From the sequence record SRR20825019_2481: DNA of 32,157 nt. One strand, written 5' to 3'. The stretch's first letter is position 1; the number at the start of each line of letters is the position of its first letter. The translations under genes and the position numbers were made by a program. The notes under the pieces are model-generated. The model was given only the letters and a program-made list of their open reading frames with translations. It was not told where the DNA came from and did not search any database. This document shows positions 1-7,579 of this stretch, one piece after another.

Positions 1-27
1 GTGCTGGCGGGGATCGAAACCACCTAA
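1..27 (+). CDS. Probable 3' end of a gene entering from outside the window (…VLAGIETT*)
   Basis: Frame 1 is open from base 1 to TAA at 25-27 with GC-rich, host-like codons. Too short to identify. Confidence 0.3.
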   Translation: MLAGIETT

Positions 28-36
28 TGCTGTTTT

Positions 37-69
37 AACCGCTGATGGGCGCTAATGAACACTGATCAA
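37..69. repeat. Three imperfect tandem 10-mers (CGCTGATGGG/CGCTAATGAA/CACTGATCAA)
   Basis: Seen directly at 40-49, 50-59 and 60-69, preceded by AAC. Confidence 0.5.
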
Positions 70-194
70 ATGCCCACTTAGTAAGACTTTTACCAAGGTG
101 GATGAGCACATCCCCCGCGCCCCTCATGACGAGGCATATGATTGGTGGCATGTATTTCAGTGGGTTCGAGTGCTCTTCGGCTTCATCTACCTCC

Positions 195-1115
195 CTAGCT
201 CGAATCTAGTTTGTCTAAAATGAAGAGGAACTTCCTACCGCTAGCTGGTCTAGTCTCCTCGACTGCCAATCTAACTGTTACTTTCTCAGCCAGTGGATTA
301 GCCGCAGTGCCCAAAAAAACATCTGCCAGACATTCATTACAATCACCTCCATTAATGATGAAACTTGAATCCTGAAAAACCGTATTCAGCGAATCACCCA
401 AATGGTTGATTTGCATAAATTCTGGCAATAGATTTTCCGAAAAATTACAAAACGATTTCGGCCAGCTTACAATTCTCGCTGTGGACTTTGATGTCCACTC
501 TGCGGCACCAATTATGATATCCTGAATCGCTGGTTTAAATCGAAAACCGTTAGGATCATATTTAGGCAAAATACCGAAACGATTAACGATTACCTCTCGT
601 GAAACAGCAAAGTGACTTTGCATTTCCACCAGTCGATCGATATTCAATCTATCATTCGTATCAAAACATAATCTGGAAAATCCATCATCCGGAATAAGCA
701 AAAGCGGCGATAATGCATCTGCTTCTCTTTCTTTTTTCTTCTCTATGTCGCCCTTTGAAACCTTAACTTTTGACCGCCTTCCGCTTGAGGACTCTTCGGG
801 ACAACGCAGCTGTAAAACATGACTTAATTCATGCGCAATTGTGAATCGAACACGTGGTGGCAGAGCACATATTCTGTTCTCTGCCTGGTAGATGTCCGCT
901 TCATATCCACTCGAAAGGCTGTCTACCACCACAAGCCATTTGTCATCCTTGGATTTAGGTTCAGCCACCATTCCCTCATAGAGTAATGGTTGAGCTCGAA
1001 ATTCCACATCCAGTAAGTCGACTAGCCTCTGAACCGAAACGAAGTTCTCAGTATCCGCGGCCGCGTTTGCTGCGTTACAACACATTCCAGCTAGGCGTTC
1101 GATATATGAGCTCAT
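195..1115 (-). CDS. ImmA/IrrE (COG2856, DUF955) family Zn metallo-endopeptidase, IrrE/CapP-like architecture (peptidase + HTH + C-terminal alpha/beta domain)
   Basis: RVRFTIAHELSH (HExxH), downstream EREAD..SPLLLIP (third-ligand Glu motif), HTH-like LVEMQSHFAVSREVIVNR. ATG at 1115 chosen; alternative GTG at 1169 overlaps the upstream gene. Confidence 0.88.
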   Translation of the reverse strand: MSSYIERLAGMCCNAANAAADTENFVSVQRLVDLLDVEFRAQPLLYEGMVAEPKSKDDKWLVVVDSLSSGYEADIYQAENRICALPPRVRFTIAHELSHVLQLRCPEESSSGRRSKVKVSKGDIEKKKEREADALSPLLLIPDDGFSRLCFDTNDRLNIDRLVEMQSHFAVSREVIVNRFGILPKYDPNGFRFKPAIQDIIIGAAEWTSKSTARIVSWPKSFCNFSENLLPEFMQINHLGDSLNTVFQDSSFIINGGDCNECLADVFLGTAANPLAEKVTVRLAVEETRPASGRKFLFILDKLDSS

Positions 1116-1131
1116 TAATCGCTCGAATTCA

Positions 1132-2646
1132 TTATCCGTCGAAATCGATCTCAGATTGAGGGGACGCACCTTTGGCGATCCAATCTAGCTTCCGGATAAG
1201 AGCATCATGCCGATCACGTCCTAGAGTGGGAGTATGCTTATTTGACACCGATGTGATATCGAACTCCTGAAGGCGTCCAAGAATTTGGACACGTTCAACT
1301 CCCGACCTCCCGCTGTGCTCTTTGATAAAATCACGGAACCTCACATCAAGTTGATGTGGCTTACCACCAGCGGCTAAAGTATAGGGCTTAAATATTGCTC
1401 TGCACCGCGCTTCAAAATTACGGGCCGAAATAACAGGCACATTTTTTCGCGAATCCGGCGGCACTTTCTTCACAATTGGTGTGGCACTGCTCTGTGATTG
1501 CTGAGTAGAAGCACCTCCGCTTGTATCTTCGGGCCACAATACCAAGCTTGTAGGAACGGTTCCACAGGCTTTTTTCGTATGCGACTCTTGATCATCAAAA
1601 AATATGTGAGCACGAAATTTGCTCAGGATTGGTTTTTTGTCTTTCCCTCCTAATAGAAACATCTGGTCAACTCGAACCCCCCAACTGCGAAGAGTATTCA
1701 TAAGACGCTCCTCAACGGGTGGATTCCGCGCCGTGACCAACGCGATTTCTATAGGTGAGAAGAGTATTCTGACACGAGTAGCAATGAGTGCAGACTCTTC
1801 GGAACTAAATCCAGCAGTTTCAAGACGACCCTCATCTGCAGCGAGAAATAGGGCTTTTTCAGGTGGGCCTGCCTTAATCACCCGTTCGACCATGCGGACA
1901 TCTAGTTTCAATGCGATGGCAAGAGATCTAGCATCTGGAACTTCATTCTCTGGGAACATCACCCTCCGAGCTCTTTCCATATCTGCTTTTATCGCACTTA
2001 GTTTTTGCAATACAGGTAAGAGGGGACCCGGAGGTAGTGGAATCGCAGCCTTGGATACTTCATGATCACGATAGGGTTTCATGTCCGGCTTATTCGCCTG
2101 ATATACCAGTTCGGCTTCAAGACCCGCCAATACCCCATCGAAATCAAACGCAATCCGTAATTGCTCCGGCTCAACATTTACTTTCTCTGGCGGGGCATAT
2201 AGCAATCCAGCTCCGATTCCACACGCCATTGCGCGTTGCACTTCACTTCGCTCATTGGACAGAAAGAGCCCAACATTTAGCGCATTGCAATATTGAGCGA
2301 TAGGTTCCCCTCCAGTGAATGCGGCTCGAATATTTTCGAAACCGTAATGGGCTAAAGATCGCATCACCCGACTACCTGCTTCCGGCTCATTCTTAGACAT
2401 TACGACGATCTCGAATGGTTTTTTTTCACCATTCAGCCTCATCATGACCTCAGCTAAAGGAAAGGCCGTGCCTTTGGAAAACGGAACATTCTCCCTTTTA
2501 ACTTGGTGATCCACATACTCCGAAAGAGGGTCCTTACGGTAAACCTCATCACTTTCCTTTGTATCAAATAGACTACTGGAGGATAGCCCCAATACCAGTG
2601 AGGCAGGGATTTTGTTCGATGGAACTGATTGGGGTAAGTTTGCCAT
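1132..2646 (-). CDS. 5'-nucleotidase (PF06189/NT5C1-type HAD family) with ~75-aa internal insertion and ~130-aa C-terminal extension
   Basis: Family motifs LVLGLSSSSLFD, G(T)AFPL, EIVVMSKN, RAAFTGG, LFLS, LRIAFDFDGVL (DxD), PLPPGP, IALVTAR, TLRSWG, FLLGG.DK, HIFFDDQ. Confidence 0.9.
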   Translation of the reverse strand: MANLPQSVPSNKIPASLVLGLSSSSLFDTKESDEVYRKDPLSEYVDHQVKRENVPFSKGTAFPLAEVMMRLNGEKKPFEIVVMSKNEPEAGSRVMRSLAHYGFENIRAAFTGGEPIAQYCNALNVGLFLSNERSEVQRAMACGIGAGLLYAPPEKVNVEPEQLRIAFDFDGVLAGLEAELVYQANKPDMKPYRDHEVSKAAIPLPPGPLLPVLQKLSAIKADMERARRVMFPENEVPDARSLAIALKLDVRMVERVIKAGPPEKALFLAADEGRLETAGFSSEESALIATRVRILFSPIEIALVTARNPPVEERLMNTLRSWGVRVDQMFLLGGKDKKPILSKFRAHIFFDDQESHTKKACGTVPTSLVLWPEDTSGGASTQQSQSSATPIVKKVPPDSRKNVPVISARNFEARCRAIFKPYTLAAGGKPHQLDVRFRDFIKEHSGRSGVERVQILGRLQEFDITSVSNKHTPTLGRDRHDALIRKLDWIAKGASPQSEIDFDG

Positions 2647-2667
2647 TCTAAAATAAGCTAAACACCC

Positions 2668-2695
2668 TATATAATTAAACCTAATAGGCAGTCAA
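2668..2695 (-). promoter_or_regulatory. Putative sigma70 promoter for the islet operon
   Basis: Minus strand reads TTGACT-N16-TATATA, with the -10 ending 21 nt before the ATG at 2646. Confidence 0.4.
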
Positions 2696-3063
2696 GTGAC
2701 ACCTCTCGAATATTTGGTAAATATTTCAGCATGCGGGGGTGAATTTCACCGACATTAGCTATATTATATTGTTAATAAAGGTGTTACGTGATTATTAGAA
2801 TTAACACTCCCTCTGGAATTTATCGGGCTTGCTCAACACAAAGCGGACAGTCTTGAACCGGTGATTATGCCAATCTCGATCAGCTAACTCAATTGGCGAT
2901 TATGCGATCGCGAATATTCTTACTTTCGCGAACAGCAAAAGATCGCCAGCCAGGGCACCTGAACACCACGTCGACCCGATGACAAACTCGGCAAAGATCC
3001 TACCTTTCGATAGAAAATTCAATGCGCCCAGAAAACATCGAACATTGCTATATGAATATCCCC

Positions 3064-3834
3064 TCAAATACACCGCCCACCATCCACATCGAGGCTCACG
3101 CCGGTAATGAATTCTGAAGCGGGATCGGCGAGAAAGACCGCCGCATTGGCGACATCCTTGGGTTCGCAGAGTCGGCCGAGGGGAATCGTGGAGAGAAACT
3201 TTTTCCGATTCTCCGGGGTGTCATCGCTGCCCATGAAAGTCGTGAGCAAAGGCGTGTCGGCAATGGCGGGGTTGATTGAATTGGCGCGGATTTTATCCGG
3301 GGCCAGTTCCACCGCGAGCGACTTGGTGAGCAGGGTGACCGCGCCTTTCGATCCGTTATACCACGACAGACCGGGACGCGGACGCACCGCCGCGGTGGAG
3401 CCAATATTGATAAAGCAGCCACTGCCCTGCTGACGAAACACGGGCACGCAATGCTGGGCGGACAGGTAGATGCTTTTCACGTTCACCTGATAGAGCCGGT
3501 CGAAGAACGCTTCATCGACTTCCAACATCGGCCGATTGTCGTGACTCATCCCGGCGTTGTTCACCATCACATCAATTCGCCCGAATCGATTCAGCGCGGT
3601 CTCCACCATGGCACCCATCGCCACGGAATTCGCGACATCCACTTCGCAGGCAATCGCCTCATGGCCAGCCTCGACTAACGCGGCCGCAACGGCTTCCGCC
3701 TTGGATAGATTTAAATCCGCCACCACCAACTTCGCACCGTGTTCGGCATATTGCTGGCTGATACATTCGCCAAAGCCGGAGGCCGCGCCGGTCACAATCG
3801 CCACCAATCCTTCCAATCGTCGTGGGGTAGTCAT
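3064..3834 (-). CDS. Classical SDR family oxidoreductase (FabG/glucose 1-dehydrogenase-like)
   Basis: TGAASGFG (TGxxxGxG), NNAG, YNGSK (YxxxK), ITG..L.VDGG; 256 aa. Confidence 0.95.
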   Translation of the reverse strand: MTTPRRLEGLVAIVTGAASGFGECISQQYAEHGAKLVVADLNLSKAEAVAAALVEAGHEAIACEVDVANSVAMGAMVETALNRFGRIDVMVNNAGMSHDNRPMLEVDEAFFDRLYQVNVKSIYLSAQHCVPVFRQQGSGCFINIGSTAAVRPRPGLSWYNGSKGAVTLLTKSLAVELAPDKIRANSINPAIADTPLLTTFMGSDDTPENRKKFLSTIPLGRLCEPKDVANAAVFLADPASEFITGVSLDVDGGRCI

Positions 3835-3884
3835 GAGCTATGGAATAGCTTACCCAACACGCACCGGACAATCACCAACTTGGC

Positions 3885-3912
3885 TTGCGAGCCGCAGACG
3901 CGAGACTACGAT
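3885..3912 (+). promoter_or_regulatory. Putative sigma70-like promoter for the ABC-F gene (possibly leaderless transcript)
   Basis: TTGCGA-N16-TACGAT; the ATG at 3920 lies 7 nt after the -10 and no Shine-Dalgarno is present. Confidence 0.3.
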
Positions 3913-3919
3913 CACTGGC

Positions 3920-5434
3920 ATGGCCTCCGCCCAACTGGTATTTCAATCCGTCGAGTTTGCCCATCCCGGCATGACTCAGCCGCTGTTCACCGATTTGACG
4001 GTGCAGTTTCCGTCGGGCTGGACCGGGATCGTCGGTCCGAACGGCGCGGGCAAAACGACTTTACTGAAAGTCGCTACGGGCGAACTGGCTGCGCAAAGCG
4101 GTTCGGTGCACCGCCAGGGATTGTCGCTCTACGTCGCGCAGCGCACGGATGATCCACCGGAGTTCTTTGAGGATTTCATCTGGGCTCCCGATGCCACCGT
4201 GCTCAAAGCACGTCTGCACGTGAGCGAAGATTGGCCGGAGCGCTGGTCGACCCTGAGTCACGGCGAACGCAAACGCGCCCAGATCGCCGTGGCGCTGTGG
4301 CGCGAGCCGTCGGTTCTCGCGCTCGACGAACCGAGTAATCACATCGACGCCGATGCCCGTCGCCTGCTGCAACTCGCATTGCAGGAATTTAACGGCATCG
4401 GCCTGCTCGTCAGCCACGACCGTTCGCTCCTTGATGAACTCTGCTCGCAATGCCTCCTGATTGATCCGCCGAACGCCGTGTTGCGTCCGGGTGGAGTGAC
4501 GGCCGCGATGGAACAACAGGATAACGACGAGAGATCCGTCCGCCATGCCAACGAAGCACTCCGTGGCACGGAAAATCGTCTCAAGGCCGAAGCCCAACGG
4601 CGGCGGGTGATCGCCGAACAAAAGGCTTCCGCCGCCCGCGGCTCGAAGCAGAAGAAGATCCCGATCCACGACCACGATGGCCGCGCCATGCGCAACCTCG
4701 CCAAGCTCACAGGCAAGGACGCCTATTCCGGGAAAATGGTCGCGCTCATGAATCAGCGCGCCGGCAAAGTCGCCGCCCAACGCGCGGAGATCAGTGTAAA
4801 GAAACGTTACGAAACCGGCATCTGGGTGGATGGTGCTTCCTTCATTCCACGCGATTTCCTCCTGCGGTTGCCTGCCGACAGCCTGCCGCTCGGCGGCGAA
4901 CGTCAGTTGCACTTTCCCGATCTCGCCATCGGCGGCACCAGTCGAATCGCGCTAACCGGGGCCAACGGTCTCGGGAAGAGCACGTTGATCCGACACCTAC
5001 TTAACCACCTCCAATTGCCCGATGAAAAACTCGTCTCCGTGCCGCAGGAAATCTCCGCCGAAGATTCCCGCGCCTTGCTCGAATCGATCAAACTCCTGCC
5101 CAACGACGAACGCGGTCGGGTGATGACCACGATCAGTCGACTGGGATCGCGTCCGGGCCGATTATTGGAAAGCGCCCTTCCCAGCCCCGGCGAAGTGCGC
5201 AAGCTACTTCTCGCCCTCGGCATCGTGCGCGGCCCGCATCTCATCGTGATGGACGAGCCCACCAACCACATGGATCTCCCCGGCATTCTCTGCCTCGAAC
5301 AGGCGCTCGCCGACTGCCCCTGCGCGATGCTGCTGGTAAGTCACGACGAAGACTTCCTCGCTAAAATCACCGAAACGCATTGGCACCTCGAATCGGCCGA
5401 TTCCGGCGACACGCAGCTACTGATCGAAGTGTAA
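3920..5434 (+). CDS. ABC-F family ATP-binding protein (two NBDs, no TM domain)
   Basis: GPNGAGKTT, LSHGE, LALDEPSNH, VSHD; second NBD GANGLGKST, PSPGE, IVMDEPTNH, VSHD; long helical linker. Start moved to ATG 3920 because the upstream in-frame part is antisense to the SDR gene. Confidence 0.9.
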   Translation: MASAQLVFQSVEFAHPGMTQPLFTDLTVQFPSGWTGIVGPNGAGKTTLLKVATGELAAQSGSVHRQGLSLYVAQRTDDPPEFFEDFIWAPDATVLKARLHVSEDWPERWSTLSHGERKRAQIAVALWREPSVLALDEPSNHIDADARRLLQLALQEFNGIGLLVSHDRSLLDELCSQCLLIDPPNAVLRPGGVTAAMEQQDNDERSVRHANEALRGTENRLKAEAQRRRVIAEQKASAARGSKQKKIPIHDHDGRAMRNLAKLTGKDAYSGKMVALMNQRAGKVAAQRAEISVKKRYETGIWVDGASFIPRDFLLRLPADSLPLGGERQLHFPDLAIGGTSRIALTGANGLGKSTLIRHLLNHLQLPDEKLVSVPQEISAEDSRALLESIKLLPNDERGRVMTTISRLGSRPGRLLESALPSPGEVRKLLLALGIVRGPHLIVMDEPTNHMDLPGILCLEQALADCPCAMLLVSHDEDFLAKITETHWHLESADSGDTQLLIEV

Positions 5435-5436
5435 TC

Positions 5437-5522
5437 GTCAGCCAGAAGCGGTCAGCTGTCAGCGATCAAGTTTATTAATCCGCATCCCTATCTCTGCTTA
5501 CCGCTTATCGCCTAACGCTTAC
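5437..5522. repeat. Imperfect inverted arrays of 7-bp repeats between convergent genes
   Basis: Left AGCGGTC/AGCTGTC/AGCGATC; right GCTTACC/GCTTATC/GCCTAAC/GCTTAC (reverse complement GGTAAGC-like, versus GGTCAGC on the left). Confidence 0.6.
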
Positions 5523-5530
5523 AGGCCCAC

Positions 5531-5959
5531 TCAATTCTTCCGTCCTTCGTCGACTTCCCAATACTCATACAGCGTGAGGATATCATCGCGTGAGCTCAGA
5601 CCGCTCTCGGCCTTGAATTTCGCGAGCAACTCCGAAGCGGAATCCTTCCAGCCGCGCTTACTCGCAAAGTCATTCCAGATGAGGATCAGCTGGTCGTTCA
5701 TCGGCCGACCATGTTGAACGCAGTAATCCCAACATTGTTCATCGGTCGCCCCGGCGAGAACACATTCGGCAAACTTCTCATAGTCCAATTCGAGATAACT
5801 CATAACCCGGGCGTCGTAGCCTTTACCCATGAGTTCGTGAAAGTCCGGACGAAGTTGCCCGGACTGTTTCAGCCGCATCTTGTCGATGCAGCGGCCCAGA
5901 TAAGTGAGCCCGCCCACTTGTTCATAGGGACTGCGGGGAGTCTTTAATGATGCGGTCAT
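5531..5959 (-). CDS. DUF5069 domain-containing protein
   Basis: PRSPYEQVGGLTYLGRCIDKMR..GQL, G.D...L, WN, terminal DEGR pattern typical of DUF5069. Confidence 0.8.
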   Translation of the reverse strand: MTASLKTPRSPYEQVGGLTYLGRCIDKMRLKQSGQLRPDFHELMGKGYDARVMSYLELDYEKFAECVLAGATDEQCWDYCVQHGRPMNDQLILIWNDFASKRGWKDSASELLAKFKAESGLSSRDDILTLYEYWEVDEGRKN

Positions 5960-6062
5960 GGCGAAACATCAAAGTGATGGAAATGCCCAACGCAATGCGG
6001 CTTAACCTGTCTGCCCGGAGTTGGGTGCCCACAATCGGGAAGTAAACCGAAAGAGGAGAATG

Positions 6063-6935
6063 TTATACATGCCGCAGCTTGTCGGGATTGCGCACAACGT
6101 AGAGACGATGAATGCGGGAGCCTACGAGATCGAAAGCGAAGGTGCTGACCGGGCCTGCGGGACTGCGCACGATCAATCCGGGAAGACCGTTAATCGTGGT
6201 GAGGTTCATCTTATGGGGTTGATAGTTGCGAACTGACAGTTGGGCAAACATCCGGGCGATGCGCTCGCGGCCCAGAATCGGCCGTCTCGCCGCCCGGGCT
6301 TTGCGCCCACCATCGGAAATCAGCACCGCATCCTCGGTCAGCGTTTGCTTCAAACCGTCGAGATCCCCGCGTTGCAATGCCTCCATAAACTTTTGAACCG
6401 CTTGTTCCGGAACCGCCGTCGAAGCCGGATTCGCTGCGTCCGGTTGTTGGGGCTTGATCCGCAGGCGGGCGCGCGAGGCGAGCTTACGGGCCGCTTCGGG
6501 AGAGCGCCCCAGCGTCGCCCCGATGTCTTCAAAGCCGAGCCCCAGCACGTCATGAAGCACAAAGGCCGCCCGCTCCGCCGGAGAGAGTTGTTCCAGCAGG
6601 AGCATGAACGCGTAGCCGACATCATGGGCGATACCGGCCTCCGGTTCGGCCGACCAATCCGCCTCGGCCAGGAGCGGCTCCGGCAGCCAAGGCCCCACAT
6701 AGGTCTCACGCCGCACCCGGGCCGATTTGAGATGATCCAGACACAACCGGGTCACAATCCGCGACAGATAGGCATCCGGGTTTTCGATCGCTCCGGCGTC
6801 CACTTGCGCCCAACGGAGATAGGCCTCCTGCACGACGTCCTCCGCATCCGTAACCGAACCGAGCATGCGATAGCCCAAGGCCCGCAACCGGGGTTGGGCA
6901 CGCATGAAAAATTCGGTGTGGGCGGCAGTGAACAT
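6063..6935 (-). CDS. sigJ: ECF41 / SigJ-type RNA polymerase sigma factor with C-terminal SnoaL-like domain
   Basis: YRMLGSVTDAEDVVQEA, ETYVGPWLPEP, ERAAFVLHDV, SDGGRK, RNPDKL (ECF41 signatures). ATG 6935 overlaps the upstream TGA (TGATG). Confidence 0.92.
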   Translation of the reverse strand: MFTAAHTEFFMRAQPRLRALGYRMLGSVTDAEDVVQEAYLRWAQVDAGAIENPDAYLSRIVTRLCLDHLKSARVRRETYVGPWLPEPLLAEADWSAEPEAGIAHDVGYAFMLLLEQLSPAERAAFVLHDVLGLGFEDIGATLGRSPEAARKLASRARLRIKPQQPDAANPASTAVPEQAVQKFMEALQRGDLDGLKQTLTEDAVLISDGGRKARAARRPILGRERIARMFAQLSVRNYQPHKMNLTTINGLPGLIVRSPAGPVSTFAFDLVGSRIHRLYVVRNPDKLRHV

Positions 6936-7393
6936 CAGGCGGCAGATGAAGCTTCCACAGGATGAATCATGCGGAAGGAAACCGCGAGCCGGTTCCAACT
7001 GTTGATCGTATTGATCGCCAGCGTGAGCCGCGCCATCTCGGATTCGCTGAAATGCCGGGAGAGTTCCGCAAAGGCATCGTCGGATATCTCACGCGTGGCG
7101 AGCATCGTCACGGCCTCGGCCCAGCTGAGAGCCGCCCGCTCGCGATCCGTGTAGAGCGGTGATTCCCGCCAAGCCGCCAGCAGATGTAAACGGACCTCCG
7201 TTTCACCGGCGGCCCGGGCTTCCCGCGTGTGCATTTCCAGACAGTAAGCACAGCCATTGAGTTGAGACACCCGGATCTTGATCAATTCGTAGAGAGCTGG
7301 ATCAAAGCAATCATCCCGCACGCTCTTTTCGAGTGCGAGCATGGCCTGCAGGGTTTCCGGAGAAGCGGTATAGTAATCGAGTCGTTGTTTCAT
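6935..7393 (-). CDS. Carboxymuconolactone decarboxylase / AhpD-like protein
   Basis: ELIKIRVSQLNGCAYCLEMH (CxxC), WRES.LYTDRERAAL, IN.WNR; the canonical ECF41 partner gene. Confidence 0.92.
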   Translation of the reverse strand: MKQRLDYYTASPETLQAMLALEKSVRDDCFDPALYELIKIRVSQLNGCAYCLEMHTREARAAGETEVRLHLLAAWRESPLYTDRERAALSWAEAVTMLATREISDDAFAELSRHFSESEMARLTLAINTINSWNRLAVSFRMIHPVEASSAA

Positions 7394-7428
7394 GGTCAAT
7401 CTGCCCGTTGATCGGGCTTTATCATATA

Positions 7429-7455
7429 AACGAGATGGCCCTCGAAAATGTGACC
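7429..7455 (-). promoter_or_regulatory. ECF41-type promoter for the CMD-sigJ operon
   Basis: Minus strand reads GGTCACA-N16-CGTT, versus the known ECF41 consensus TGTCACA-N16-CGTC. Confidence 0.75.
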
Positions 7456-7579
7456 GGAATGTAGAAATAAAATCCGGACGCCCGCCGATTTGTGTCTCCT
7501 TTCCTGCTCAACCAGCCTCTTGCCCCGGTAAACAAACGGCCTCTTTTGACTTCCCGCCACTTATCTTCAAGCTCTCCAC

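Larger units (their letters stand above)
70..3063. other. Low-GC horizontally acquired islet (two genes plus AT-rich upstream region); boundaries approximate
   Basis: Hand-counted 60-nt lines: 301=43%, 361=35%, 1801=47% GC, versus 60% at line 4321. GC returns to high at the SDR stop (3064). No integrase, transposase or tRNA seen. Confidence 0.7.

Noticed and set aside
160-176. GTGGGTTCGAGT resembling a tRNA T-loop / att remnant at the islet edge
   Set aside because: The following bases (GCTCT) do not pair with GTGGG; no acceptor stem, CCA or second copy at the other boundary.
2979-3107. 42-aa + strand ORF (MTNSAKILPF…) as a possible missing HTH repressor
   Set aside because: No HTH pattern, no RBS, and it runs antisense into the SDR 3' end.
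3881-3895. GG-N10-GC sigma54-like spacing upstream of ABC-F
   Set aside because: The -12 reads CCGC with no TGC; the sigma70-like reading fits better.
3557-3919. 121-aa N-terminal extension of the ABC-F ORF
   Set aside because: Mostly antisense to the SDR gene; NBD homology starts at ATG 3920.
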